Part shown: positions 13,449 to 27,000 of the stretch, piece by piece
Layout: every line of letters starts with the position of its first letter
Position numbering within the stretch: position 1 is the first letter of the stretch
DNA from: Guillardia theta CCMP2712
Taxonomy: Eukaryota > Protista > Cryptophyta
Assembly: GCF_000315625.1 (NCBI RefSeq)
Contig: NW_005434635.1
Coordinates: 372,001 to 436,000, forward strand
Length of the DNA: 64,000 bases
Reading direction: 5' to 3'
The notes under the pieces: generated by a model
Databases searched by the model: none
What the model was told of the DNA's origin: nothing
Seen by the model: the letters and a program-made list of their open reading frames with translations, nothing else
Translations under genes and position numbers: made by a program

Positions 13449-16389
13449 CACCATCACCATCACTCCATCACCATCACCATCACTCCATCACCATCACCAT
13501 CCCCTCTGCTTCATCTTCATCATTCCGATTCTTCCTCTCCTCACCAGCCCTCATCCAGTGCCTGCTGAGCGACTGACGCACATTTTTGCTTCGTGCCGAG
13601 CTCATCTTGGTTGACCCACTTGTATCCTCTACTCTCCATCTCTACGATTACAATCAGACGACACCAGGATCTCTCTCTCTCTCTCATCCCCTCTCCCCAT
13701 CCCCCCACTCTCGCTCGCTCGCTCCCTCCCTCCCTCGCTCCTCTCCTCCCCTCGCTCTCTCGCTCCCTCCCTTCGTCTCCCTCGCCAGCTCTTCCACCTC
13801 TCCTTGCAAAGGTGGATTTGCCAGAAGCAGGGAAGCCGACCATGATGACGACTTCCTTTGAGGAGGGAAAGTTCAAGACTGGTGTAGCCCTGCTGAGCAA
13901 GTGAGAAGGGAGGAGGAGGAGAGAGGAGGAGAAGATGACAACAAGAGAGGACATTGACGGGAAGGATGGAGAGTGAGGGGGGGAGGACAAGAAGAGCAGA
14001 GCAGAGCGCAGGACAGGACAGGACAGGACAGGACAGGACAGGACAGAGGAGAGAGCAGCAGAGGAAGAGAGGAAAAGAAGAGAGGAGGAGGATGGAGGTG
14101 TGAGGATGGTCTGACGTTGGCTGCATCACGTCGGCAGGGTTGAAGCCAGAGAATGTGAACTCCTGGAGGCAAAAGGGAGACCATGAGCCACGAAGACAGC
14201 AGAGGGCGAAGAGGAGGAGCAGGGGGAGGAGGCAGAGGGTGAAGAGGCTGAGGAGGAGCAAGAGGAGGAGAAAGCAGAGCAGAAGGAGGAAGAGAAACAG
14301 GAGGATGAGGAGGAGGAGGAGGAGGAGGAGGAGGAGGAGGACGGAAACGTTGCAGCGAGGAGGAGGATTTTCATGCCTCTAACGGACGTCCCATGAAGAA
14401 TTCTTCCGGGGTATGGAAATCGATACCTGCATTGAGGGCAAACTGAAAGAGGGAAATGTGAGTTTTGAAGGGAGGAACACAGCAGCGCCAAGGAGAGGAG
14501 TAGAGGAGTAGAGGAGTAGAGGAGGAGAGGAGGAGAGGAGGAGAGGAAGAGAGGAGTAGAGGAGTAGAGGAAGAGAGGAAGAGAGGAAGAGAGGAAGAGA
14601 GGAGGAGAGGGGGAGCAAGTCAAAAGGAGATAACAAGAGTAAGAGTCCGAGGAAACAAGAGGAGATAAGCATCAACACTAGCAGACTAACCTTGCGATCG
14701 CTGTCGGAAAAATCTTTCTCCCTTGCTTCAATCCATGGCCTCTCACTGTTCCTAGTTGATCAACACCTCCCTCCTCTCCTCCCCGTCAATCCAACGTACC
14801 CGAGGGGCCGACCGGCTGCGTCCCCGACGTAGAAAGAGCCTTTGACGTTGACTTCGCAGCCCTGAAGGCAAGAGATGAACGTGTGAATGTCAACGACAAC
14901 GGCTCTGATCTCGCCTTGAGCTCTTTCATCTTCTCCACTGTCTTGAACCACATCCCTGCATACAGATGTTCAGTCAGGATGCTGCTCAAATATGCTTCGC
15001 CCCTCATAGCGTGCGCGCTCTTGAACGGTTCGCTAGATCGCCATCAAAGTTCAATGTGCAGCAGTCATGCATCGAATAGAGAAACATCCCCATCATCAAC
15101 ATCGAACTGACAACAACTTTCAGAGTGCAACGTCATCACACCGGGAGCTGGCTTTCGGTTCTCGTCCGAGCCATAGCAGGCAAAGAAGATCAGAGGGCAG
15201 CCAAGGGCCGAGTGGATCGACGAGATCTGAGAGATCGGAATCAACAAGGAGCACAGACCATGAGATTCTTTTACCTTATGCTCGACCCCTGCCTCGTAAT
15301 CTGGATTCTTGTCGATCCTTTTCTGGTTGCTGATGATCACAATGCAAAATCCATCCTTGACGAGCGATTGCAACTTCGGTTTGAGAATAGAAGGACGGAT
15401 CAAGCACCTTCAGTCATCATCATCGTTGTCGTTTTCTTCCTCCTTCTCCCATTTAACCACCAACAGGTTTCAACACACCCCAGCCGAGTAACAACAACAA
15501 GTCCAACCCCATCTATTGTCAATGGTTGCATCATTTCCATCATCATCTCCATCTCGATCATCTCTCTCGTCGTAACCGATTCAGCAGCCAGCATGTTATT
15601 ACCAGTCGTCGAAGTTCTGAGGAAATTTCTTTCTGCTCTTTGTCCTGATCAAAGTGCCATCGAGGTCGAACGCAGCAATCTGCCATGAGCCTCTTTCAGA
15701 CTTGTTTCCCGCGTCTCAACGCAGACAACAACAACCTTCTCAGCTCCTTGAAAGTCACAAGACTTCCACATGAGCAGGCTTGCTTGCTTGTCGTTGACCA
15801 GGTCCTTTGCCGTCTTCTTGGGCCCAAAGATCGGCGCTAACTGCAACACAACAATCAAATCTCCCAGCCATGGCGCACAAGTAGACTTACTTTGACAGCC
15901 TTCTGCTGCACCCTTTCCTCCTGATCCCCCTCTTTCCCTTGATCCTCCTCCTTCCTCCTCTTCCCACACACCTGCCATGGGCACGGGGACTTAAACAGCT
16001 CAGAATGAGGCAGCGCAGGCAACCTTGTCCGACGCGCCCTCCTCCTTGCCCTTACAAGCAGCTTCCTCTTCTACAAGGATGAAAGGGTTCCAGTCGATCC
16101 TTTCTTTCTGCTTCAAGCATGCATACAGCCACTTGACACTGACGGCACGCACCCCCTCCTTCTGCAGCCTCCCCTCCAGCTCTGCCCCTGAGCATTCCCC
16201 GAAGCGCAGGGACAGGATCTCATCTCTCTTCTTGTCCGCTTCGCAGCACACGATATTCGCGTCTTCCCCTGCCTCCACCACCTTCCCGCCATTCTCCGCC
16301 ACCTGCGCTTTGAGAATGCACTGCTGCATCGGGCCCTTACACTGGATGATCATGCTCAGCCCATGAAACATGGCGGCGCTCTCGACCAT
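12303..16389 (-). CDS. PNKP: Bifunctional polynucleotide kinase/3'-phosphatase with N-terminal BRCT-like domain (multi-exon)
   Basis: HAD motif [15 protein letters not shown]...DW; IVIISNQ; RKPAPGMW; [10 protein letters not shown]; P-loop [13 protein letters not shown]; [10 protein letters not shown]; C-terminus [16 protein letters not shown]; N-terminal ..NGGKVV...[11 protein letters not shown]. Confidence 0.9.
13381..13500. repeat. (CACCAT)n microsatellite in a PNKP intron
   Basis: Tandem caccat with cactcc variants. Confidence 0.9.
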
Positions 16390-16595
16390 GTCGCTCCTTC
16401 CTCCTGCTGCCGTCACTTTCGCTCCTCCTATCACTGCCACCACCAGCATGACCACCCCCGCCATCCCCCCCCCGCCATATCCTGACTTCACTTTTTCGCC
16501 CCGACAGATTTCGGTACCCTCAGTAGCAATGGGGTAGAGGCGCCGACATGCGCTGTTGGCTCCTCCCGCATCTCTCCCGCCCGCATCGCCCGCCG

Positions 16596-18369
16596 ATGCT
16601 CTCCTCCGCTCTCCTCCTGCTCCTCCTGCTCCTCCTGCTCTCCGCTGCTTGTGAAGGAGCTGGGGAGGGGGGTAGGGATGGGGAGGGACGAGGCTACATG
16701 ACAAGCTCGTTGCCCGGTCTCCTCGGAAACCTCATGTTCGATTATGCCGCTCTCATAGGACTGGCCGACTTCTATGGCTTCCGCCCGCTGCTCACGCTCA
16801 ACAACTCCTTCATGCGGGAGGAGGGAGGGGCAAGGAGAGTCGATGACCTCAGCAGGAGACGGATCGAGGCGTTTGCCCGCTGGTTCAGGCTGGACATTGA
16901 GGACGAGGTCGCGAATTCGATGCCATGGAGGGACTACAAGAAGCAGAAGGGATGGGGGAGGTACGACGAGTCACTGTGCATGATCTCCAACCAGACGCAC
17001 GTCCGCGTGGAGACCTCTTTCTCCTTCAAGTACTTCGAGGGGCTGGGGCGAGGGAAGCTCAGGGGTGAGGTGTTCGTGTTTCCCTCTACTGTGCGAGAGA
17101 AAGGAGAAGCCTTCCTGCTAGACCTCAGGCGCAAACACCAGCAGATCGTAGGGATACACGTGAGGCGAGGCGACAAGACATGGGAATTTCACATGTTCGA
17201 CTCCTGGTCCCATGACGCAGGTCAGTGGTTTTCTCCTTCCTCGCACCTGCAGGAGTGACATCGAGGATGCTTGCAGGGTACATCAGTCGAGCTGTGCAGA
17301 CGCTGAGGAGAGTGCTCCGAGGAGCTGTTGCATTCCTTGTCGTCACAGACGATCCCCAGTACCCTCCTCCTGAGTTTGTCTCAGTGTGATTGGCTGCAGT
17401 TGGGCACAAGGAGCTTTCAGGGGATTCGAGAACGTTCACTTCTCTCCTTTCCACACATCGCCAGCCTGTAAGGTGGAGCTTGTGAAACAATCAGCCATGT
17501 ACTGTGAGATCACAGTATTACTAGATGGACATCACATGCGACGAGCCGCTGGTCGACATGTACCTCCTGTCACGCTGCGATGCGATCGTTGTCAGAGCTT
17601 GTCTATAGCTACTCTCTCCTCTGACTGGCCGTGCGCAGATCTCGGGAAGCAGCACATTCAGCTGGTGGGCAGCGTATCTAGCGTCCGATCAAACTTTGAC
17701 GGTCGCTCCTCGAGCGCCTGTGAACCCTGGTGACGAGGCCGGTATGATGTGATCCAGGGGATAATCTCTTGCAGACGGCCCGTTCGGACCGTGCGAGCAG
17801 GGAGGAAAGGAGGAAAACAGGAATGTCTGCGCCTCTACAAACACGTCCTACATATCGAGAGTGAACTACCACGTACAGTGCAAGGAGTACAGCTCGCATG
17901 TCGCTCTCAAGTAGCCTGAGGACACTTGTCGGGGTTGACGAGGTTGGCAGGATTACTACCCTTCGGATTGGATCTTGTTGGACAAGAATCCGAGACTTGA
18001 CATTTATCCTGAGTGGTGGGGGCCAACGGTCAAGCATGCCAGCTTGCACACAACGGCGGTCCAATTGCCAAGGACCCTAGATGTGGAGGTCTCCGAATTT
18101 CCTGCCGGTGGCTTTCTGTGCCTGTACAGTCAGGGTACATTGATTCTTCAACTCCCAAATCACGAGGGAAGAATCTTTTCCGGTCAGTTTATGCAACAAT
18201 TGTGGAGTGCCACATACCTGATTTGTTATCAGGAACAATTCTGCTCAAAGAAACCTCTCACAACCCTTTTAACGAGGCTTCGGTTGTTTGCCTCAGTGAA
18301 GATGCATGTGTAGCTGAAAATCCGTTCAAGAGTCCAGACTGCTGGATGTCCCACAGGAATGTCGAGTAA
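16596..18369 (+). CDS. Alpha-1,2-fucosyltransferase-like, glycosyltransferase family 11 (multi-exon; 3' end approximate)
   Basis: Leu-rich signal/anchor; GLLGNLMFDYAAL; VGIHVRRGD; FLVVTDDP; DMYLLSRCD; STFSWWAAYL; DYYPSDWI. Confidence 0.85.
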
Positions 18370-18685
18370 AATCTTGAAATCAACATGACATGGGCCGTGA
18401 CGGAATTGAACCGTCATCGCACACACCAGCGCAGCCCGGAGAGGGTTTACCTCCCCCCCATCAATCTATCATCATAGCAGTAGATGAATAGAATGCTGGG
18501 ATATATACATCAAAGAATGTTGAACCATTAATCAACCCTTATCCAGTAAAAATTGACATTTTCCATGCTTAATGTTTGATGTCATGTAAAAAGAGCAGCG
18601 TTTGTACCTTCATGGCAGAAAATTCAATATTTACAACAGAGAATTCCATCTTCGCGCTCCAATGTGTAGTTCACATATATTGCAT

Positions 18686-20136
18686 TTAAGCGCAATACAA
18701 TCCCTTGTCGATTGCAGGAGGAATAGGCTTGATTTCCGTTCCCAACTCTTGTTCCACCTTGTACAAATTGAACCTATCATCGTAGGTGATCAAATTGATC
18801 GCAAGACCCAAGTGACCGAAGCGACCACTCCTACCCACTCTGTGCAAGTAAGTCTCGGAGTTCTTCGGGAAGTCGAAGTTGATCACGACATTGACAGACT
18901 GAATATCAATTCCACGTGTAAAAAGATCAGAAGACACCAGATTTCTGCACGCTCCGTTCCTGAAGTCATGGAAAACACGGTTGCGATGTGCCTGTTGCAT
19001 TTTGGAATGGATGTAGAAACAAGAATATCCCAACTCAGTGATTTTCTTGGCAAGAAGCTCTACCCTGTTGAAGGAGTTGCAGAAAATAATGCTCTGGTTG
19101 ATTTGAAGCTTCGAGAAAAGGGTGTTCAAGCAGTGGACTTTGGCCTTTTCTTCCACATAGGCATAAAATTGAGTAATACCTTTCAAAGTCAATTCCTCCA
19201 TGAGATTGATCTCAAAGGGCTCTCGCATGTACTTGTCCTTGAACTGCGCAACAGTGACTGGGAAAGTCGCTGAGTAGAGCATCTTCTGGCAGTTCCTTGG
19301 CATATATTTGGTCACGAGCTCCTCACAAATAGGCATGAAATCATGAGAAAGCAGCTTGTCTGCTTCATCCAGAACCATAATGTTGCACTTGCTCAGGTCA
19401 GCAACACCTTTGTTCGCCAGATCCACCACACGCCCAGGAGTAGCTACCAAAACATGCACGGTAGAATACAAACGCATAATGTCGTCCTTCAGACTGGTTC
19501 CGCCAGTCGTAACCATAACCTCGATCCCCAAATGTTTCCCCAATTCTTTGCACACTTGTGCTGTTTGAAGAGCAAGCTCGCGAGTAGGAACAAGAAGGAG
19601 CGCCTGAATTGCCTCCAGCTTCGAGTCAATCCTCTCCAACGTAGGAATGGTGAAAGCACCCGTTTTCCCCGTACCATTCTTGGCCCTGTACTCAGATGAG
19701 CATCTACTTCAGATAAAATTCGCAAAGGCACCTAGCAAGAATATCTCTTCCCACCAAAGCAACGGGAATGCTCTCCTCCTGGATGGGAGATGGATTTTCC
19801 CAGCCCTTCTCGAAAATGCCCATAAGAAGTTCACGCTTCAAATAATAGTCCTCGAAGCTGTTTCCTTTGGTCGCCGTGACATCCTGCCATGTTGTCGTCA
19901 GAACAAGGCATCTCGAAAATTGGCGAGCATACTGTGGTTTTTAATCGGTTGTCCCTGGGCGGGGCTTGCAATTGGTTCCTCCAATCTTCGCCACGATTCT
20001 GCATTGCATGCATTTGCTGCATTTGTTGAGGAGGCATCTGTTGTGGATGATGCTGCATCTGGTGTGGATGCATAGCCTGTGGGTTTTGTGGTGGGAGCTT
20101 TGCAGCCGCGGCATAGTTTATGGCCGGTGTTGCCAT
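18686..20136 (-). CDS. DDX6: DEAD-box RNA helicase DDX6/Dhh1
   Basis: [62 protein letters not shown]; Q/P-rich N-terminus; two short introns. Confidence 0.97.
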
Positions 20137-20689
20137 TGTAGAGTACAAATTGTCCTGACCCAGCTGATTGATGTAGGTAGCACCTGATAGGAAGACTGAA
20201 CTGTTTACAACAGCAGTCGCTTCTTCAGATCTCACGCGTTCCTGTTCATTAAGGATCAGAAAAAATCTCACAATAGAGGACAAAAACGAGTACGAAACAA
20301 TAAAATAAGCACTTTCAAAGAATAACCTTTTCCAAAGAGAAAGGTCATAATGGAACACATCTCATTGCGATGAGGTGATGGTAAGAAGAAGAGAGGAAGG
20401 TGAAACAACAAACAATTCGAATCCAGCGAAATTCAAATTTTGAGCAGTGTTGTTGCACTGATCGTATTCATACATACACGATCGATACATCAAGCAAAGA
20501 AATAGCCAACACAGCAAGTATGGGATCATCGACTGTGAATCTGCATTTTGTGATTCCAATTCCTTTCAAACCAGAAGAGGAACACGAAAACCGCATCACA
20601 AATGCCGCTGCATTACCGCGAGGAGTTTGGAGAGGAGTGGCGCGTGGAAGGGTCAACGGGTCAATACATTCCTAGGGCTTTTCCAATAG

Positions 20690-21830
20690 ATTGGGTCATA
20701 CGCACCCCTACGACCGAGACATTCAATCAATGGGGTGGGTACCTTTATGCGATTCTTGCCTATGAGGGCAGAGCTGATCTAATCCCTATCTAGCATGCAA
20801 AACGACAAGGCTATATATCTTCGCTAAAGGGTACTGTACTTGTTCGATGTTCCAGAGGGTAGGGTGGTTGAAATAATGTGGGTCAACGTTCCGCTGTGCG
20901 GGGAAAAAGGGTTTGTTGAAACTAGGTGGGGTGGTATTTCAAAAGTGACAGGGTGGGTACAGCGAAATACTTCGGTTGAAATATAATTAAAATTTGAAAT
21001 ATTTACGATTGCACCGGTCGATTTTAAATGATATCGTCTAATGGATGTACGGGTTTGGGTTCAAATCATTCTGAGTTGTGATGAAATTTGATGGACTTGG
21101 TACCACATGGATGGGTTAAATAGTAATTCGGAACATTTGTAATATGAGGGTGGGGTCCTGGAATTGAATCAGGCGGGGTAGGGTGTCCTCTCAGTCATCA
21201 GCTATTATAAACTCTAGGGGTGGTGGCTGACAGAGGGTGGTACAACTGTTTCAAAAAAACTTTTGCTACGCGGCAAAGCCTTGATCACCGGTGAAATAAC
21301 CTATGAATGAGGGGGGTGAATGGTCTCACCACCCCCACCGAATTCACTGGAGCCTAGAAGTTGTGACCCCAGATTTCTCGACCAATTTGGGGTACTCCAA
21401 AAAAAAAATTGCGGGGGTGGGCCGGAGGATTTTTATTTGTGTTCGCCGAACATGTTGGGGCAGATCAGGGTAGGGTAGATAGTCAGGGTAGGGTGATCTA
21501 CCCTACCCTAAATTTCTAAATGATTTCAGTGGTCTGCAGTGCACGAGACCTTTGCCACCCCTGATATGATATGTATGCACCCCTGCCATACCATGCTCCA
21601 TCCCCACCCTTGGTTCGACCACTCCTCATCCTCTACTACCCTACCCATCTCTAAGGGAGTGACTTTGCCTACCACCCATTCAGTCCTTACAACAAAGCAC
21701 CTCATACGAATTTCGGACCACCCACCCACCCTGCATTGACGGAAACGACTAAGAGAACAACAGTCGCGGCCTCCTCTTGACCACCCCTGTGTCATCCCAT
21801 CAAGGCATACAAGACCACCCCACCCTGTCG
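20690..21830. promoter_or_regulatory. GGGTA/TACCC-rich tract with an AT-rich segment between divergently oriented genes
   Basis: Repeated gggtagggt/accctaccc; 14-bp inverted repeat 21467-21480 / 21496-21509. Confidence 0.45.
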
Positions 21831-21961
21831 CACTCCGGAGCGACAGAGGATTCGACTCGGAGAAGTACGGGCCCGCGCCGTCTTGAAATCAGGTTGAACG
21901 AGGCGGGTTTGACAGCAATGTATTTGAGTGAAAGCATCACACCGCCGTGAGAGAAGAAAAA

Positions 21962-22640
21962 ATGGCAGCGGCGTCGCTTACGGTCGGGCGATGCGCGCAG
22001 GCCTCCTCCCTCCGAATGAGTTATTTTGTTCTGTCTTCAGCGCTCGATGCTGTAAGAAGTGTCCCGAGCATCAAGTTTGCTTCGACCATGAAGGCCGTGG
22101 GCTTTGTTGGCAGCTGGCTGGGCTCCCTCACAGCTTTTGGAACTGGGATCGCCTCCGGGTTGCAATCAAACTGTAAGCGTTCGACTGACGTTGTTTTGTT
22201 TTCTTGATTCAAATATCCGCAGATCTTTGGGGACGGCATGATAGGCGAACAAAGAAGGGCAAGATTCATATTGGTATTCCAATTATTGAATCACAGTGAA
22301 AGGAAATTCACTGGTTGCTTTTTACAGGAAGTTATGGAGTGTGTAGAAGAAGAAAGCCAGAACCAGGGCCATACTCTCGGGATTTCAACGGGTATGACTT
22401 CTCAAAGACTCCTCCGAATCGTGCAAAACCTCCTAGGAATGACCAATAGAACCAGCCTCAAATGATTCAACCAAGAGGTTTGGGAATAAAAGAAATTAGC
22501 AGATCATCATCGTATTCTGAGGTGAAAGCATCGAAAGCTTTAGTTGATATCAGATTATGTGATGCATTCATTGGGAAACTTTCCGTGTTTCGACTTTCAG
22601 GCTGCTTCAGGAAGCAAAGCAGAAAGGTCAAATCTATTTA
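21962..22640 (+). CDS. Hypothetical multi-exon protein
   Basis: aaaATGGCAGCG start; open segments (ALDAVRSVPSIKFASTMKAVGFVGSWLG...) bounded by GT/AG; no family recognised. Confidence 0.3.
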
Positions 22641-22979
22641 CAGGTGCTCTGTACTGAGGCATAGACTATGGGCTCAAAGGATACGACAGCAAGAGATGTG
22701 TTCTAAAATCGATCCACACTCAGTCCTTCTTGTTGAAATTTGCAGCTCCCTAGACAGATGCCAGACCAATGTCAGTCAGAAGCCCGGTGGAATGTGATTC
22801 GCTCAGTAGTGGACCGGGAAGAAAGTTTTTGATGTACGGTATGCAGCAGCGACCTGATGCTGAAATAATCAACAGCGCGGCGGTGCATAGCACGCTGAGT
22901 GATTCAATCTTGTCAAGAAAATCTTTAGCAGCCGCTAGTATGTCCGACTCGCGAGGCACGCCGAATAAACGGTGAGCCT

Positions 22980-23800
22980 CACCGTCGGTGACTATGATGG
23001 TCGTGGCAGCCTGCCACAGTTGGCCGCGTGACTGCCAGTTGCCCAGGACGGCACGGCCGTGCGTCGGGAGTCAGCCTGAGTGCCCGACTTGCCCACTGCT
23101 GGGGCCTGTGGCACCGGGCAGCGTACTAGATACTAATTGAGTCAATCACATGATCGTAGTCATTGAGGCCACTGACATCAAACTCAGGCTCAGGCTGAGG
23201 GAGGCCCGCCTTGCACTGTAACTTAGTAAAGTTCAAGTTGGCAGGCCGCCGCGCCGCCGCGCCGGAAGTTCCAACGCTGCCGTTGACCGTGTCGGGGGCC
23301 GACTCCCGGCATCATTGATCATCGGCCTTCCTCGGAGGCTTTACTCAAAGCCAGAACTTGGACAATCAGCGGCGGCCTCGGAGACTTGCCAAGTTGGGCG
23401 AGGAGGCTTGACCCTGACACTCTGTCGCACAGGCCACGCGGCGAGAAGAGAACTGTCCCGGCCCCAACTTTCACTCCGGCAGCCTGAACTACTATGATAT
23501 CCAAGTTTACTTAACTAGTACGGTACGGTAAGGCTGCGCGCAGGACAATGATTCCCGGAAGTCCGATCCCCCCGGCGCGCCGCATGCCAGCGACTCTGGC
23601 ATTTCGCTGTGGCCGCCGCCGAAGGAATGAGACGCATACCGGAATGCACCCGCGATGATGGCAGCGAAGGACAGGGAGGCCTTCGGAGTTCATCATCGGA
23701 TACTAAAGCCGGGGCCCGGGGGCCGGCTGTCCCGGCGACTACCGTCCGATCGGTACGGCCACCGGCAGTGACGATGCGATGGTCATGATCCGTTGGCCGC
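22980..23800. repeat. GC-rich palindromic intergenic island
   Basis: ccggggcccgggggccgg, gtacggtacggta (23518-23530), aagttcaagtt (23229-23239), many tgagtc/gactc. Confidence 0.65.
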
Positions 23801-24096
23801 GAATTCGTTCAATCTGAAACATTTCAAAATGTTTCAGAGATTTTCAAGGTTGAGAATGACTAGTTCAAATCTTGCAGGGATAGGAGGGCTGGAGCTCGGA
23901 TGTAGGGGTACAGCCTGTCACTACCCACCCTTCACGTATCGGAAGTCCCGCTGTTCCAAAGTCAAAGCTGAAGCAGAACAATTTCTAATTGGACTGATAG
24001 GTAAATAGAGGGAACAAGGCACCATGAAGTAGTTGCAGACCCTTGGGTGGTCATCTGGATTGAGATTCGCTCTAGGGGGTAGGGGTGGTTTTGGTT

Positions 24097-27000
24097 ATGG
24101 CGGGAATGGCGGAAAGGAGCCAGGAGCAACACGTCCAGGTGGAAGAAACTGAAGGTGAGCACAAACATGTCGGCGTGCATGCATGCAGAGAATTTAATCG
24201 ATGTTGTTATGATCACATGCATACTCGTGGGGTGTATTTGCGTTGCTGATCGCTGACCCGACAGGATCCCCTGTTGACAACCTGAAATTCTTCAAATCTT
24301 CAAGCCCACCTTCAGCCAATCCCTTCTGCAGCCCTGCAACGTCATGCTCGACCGCGGATGGATCCCCTGGCAACCCTCTGGACTTCAACACATTCTTCCA
24401 GAGCTTCAAGGACGGCGGGGGTCAGCTCTCGTTCAAAGTATCAAATGAGAATTCAACTCCCAACGTAGGACCACAGAACGGTTCAGCTGAACCTCCTGCC
24501 GAGGGAGAAACTGATGCTGGGTCAAGTCAGACATTCTTCACTTCTCCTCATGCTTCGAACATTCCGGGTGACAAGCACTCTGAAGAGGAAATAAGCCCTA
24601 AGAGGAAGAAGCGAGGTGCCGCCAACTCTTCTTCATCCAGGACCAGCGCAAGTCGTAAGGATGAAACTCAGAGCAAGACAAAGCCTGTAAGCGAGCAAGA
24701 GGACAACGGGAGCTCAAAGGAGTCCCCAAAGTCTTCCTCTGAACAGAAGCAATCAGAGAGAAAGGGCAAATCACCGACCCTCGTGTTCACTGGTAATGCG
24801 AAGCAGCACCGTGTCTGGAACGAAGAAGAAGAGGCATGGGAGTACGTTGAAGCCATCTATGCTCTGCAGGAGGCTGAAGAAATCAGGATAAGAGGAAATT
24901 TTTCGTTTGAGATGGGAGCGTATGAGCTCGCAAAGCGTCTGTATTCTGCCTCAGGGGACTATTTGGAAAATGCAATTTATTTAGAGAAAGATGAAGAGCA
25001 GACTATCCCTGGCTACAAAGAGAAGAAGCAAGAAGTATCAGAAAAGGCTAAACTGAATCTTGCTCTGTGCATGATGAAGCTGAATGAATTCCACGACTGT
25101 ATCAAAACTTGCAATGAAGTTTTGAAGGTTGCTGGATGTAGGGTTCTGAACTGCTGCCTTACTTGATATTGGTAGGTGGACCCAAACTGTGTGAAGGCAC
25201 TATATAGAGCAGGTACTTGATGATGGGACATGTTCCTCTCTTTCACCTGCATTCAACGTTCTGCGACTTTCTTATATCTAGACGGACCCGGATCGAATTA
25301 CCTGGTAACTCCAGTGCAGGGATTGCGCACATGAAGCTATCGAGCTACAGAGAAGCTTTGAAATACCTTCAGAAGGTATGTCAATATCAGCAAATGCATA
25401 GATTGACTGCTTGGCATTTCTGGTTGATATACAGGCTTCTAAGTTGCAGCCTTCGGACGAGGCCATTAGAAAAGGGATACTGGACTGTTTGACGTATGTC
25501 AGGTTTGATGAGGTTTGTTCATAACACTTCCTGTGCATCCATTCCTTTTTGATTTGTGGTATTACAGGCCGATCCAGATTTTGGTGAAGATTTTCAATCC
25601 TCTGCCTTCCCTTCGGCATCTGCTCGTGATGACCAGGACGATGAGGAGGAGGAGGAGGAGGAGGAGGAGGAACACAATGATGAGGAAGAGTATGAAACAG
25701 ACGGCGATCACGAGAGTGAAGCAACGACATCTTGGGTCACTACCGATGAGGTGGGAATACTCCCCAACCCACTATGCTCTCGCTAATCTGAGACCTTCAA
25801 TCTAAGGATACGGAGTCTGACGAAGATCATCACGATGAGCCTGACTCACAAAGCTTTCATTTCGTGGAGTCAGATGCCGCAATGGCTGCTCGCAAGGATA
25901 CTGAGGTAGATTTCTTCATCTGAATTGAATTAGGCTGATAAGGTGCAGGACGGTGTCCCCAAGGAATCTTTGCCACAGAAGCCCGAGGCTAATCAAGATC
26001 CAAGCAAGAAAAATTTTCCTTCAGAGTCTTTCCTCTCTAAATTCGAGAAGGATTTCCTTCTGAAAGAGCTAGAAAAGTCCAGAAATTTCTCTCAGAATTC
26101 ACCCAAATGGGAGAAGTTGGATAGCGGCTCTGCTCAACCAAGTAGTCAGCCTGCTCCGAAAAAGGAAACGACTGATTCCAAACTTACTCTGGTTGAAAAG
26201 TCTGCGGAAGACGCAAAAGATAGAGGCAACGAATACTTCAAGAGGCAACAATGGGAAGCGGCTATGCGAGAATATTCTTCCTCAATCCACCTTTCAAAGC
26301 TGTCAAGCTTCAAAAAGCAGCATTTGGCTGCCGTGTATTGGAGTAATCGGGCCGCGTGTCTTATCAGACTTGAAAGATTCGCTGAGGCGCTAGATGACTG
26401 CGAGAAAGCGATGTCTCTGAACGACAAGTTCTGGAAAGCAGCCGCTCGAGGCGCCAGAGCAGCGATGGCGTTGGGTCAGTTTACCAAAGCTCTGCAGCTG
26501 CTCGAGGAAGCAGAAACCATTTCAGGGAGTTCACTGGAAGATACTCCTAAAGCCCGAAAACTGTGCGATTCTGTGCGCTTATTCGATCAGCTTTTGGCTA
26601 ATGGAGAAGCTGACCGTGCCCTTGCATGCATCCGGTCAGTCTTGACAGAGTGCTCCGATGGCACACATCTTAAACTCAAGCTATGCCGGGCACTGCTTGC
26701 TTGCGGCCGACACGACGAGCTGTTCAAGACATGCACAGATTTGCAAGCAAAGAAGGACTTGTCAGAGCAATTCAAATCTGAAGTAGAGCACATGTTGGCA
26801 AAGGCATTGACACACAAGGGGAAGATTGTAGAGGCAATCACTCGCTTCCGCGAGCTTCTTCGCAAAGACCCGGATAATGCTGAGTACCAAAGTGACTGCA
26901 AGAAATTGAAGGCGATGTACGCAAAGCTCCAAGAAGGAGATCAGTTGCTGTCGAAAACAAATTTCTCGCAAGCAAGAAGTCTGTACACCGAAGCACTTGA

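Noticed and set aside
18602-19273. Long antisense ORFs opposite DDX6 (also opposite XRN2 and cathepsin H)
   Set aside because: Shadow ORFs caused by codon bias of the sense gene
20400-20793. Short + strand ORFs (MGSSTVNL..., MPLHYREEF...)
   Set aside because: They lie in the DDX6 5' UTR/promoter region and have no motifs or consistent frame
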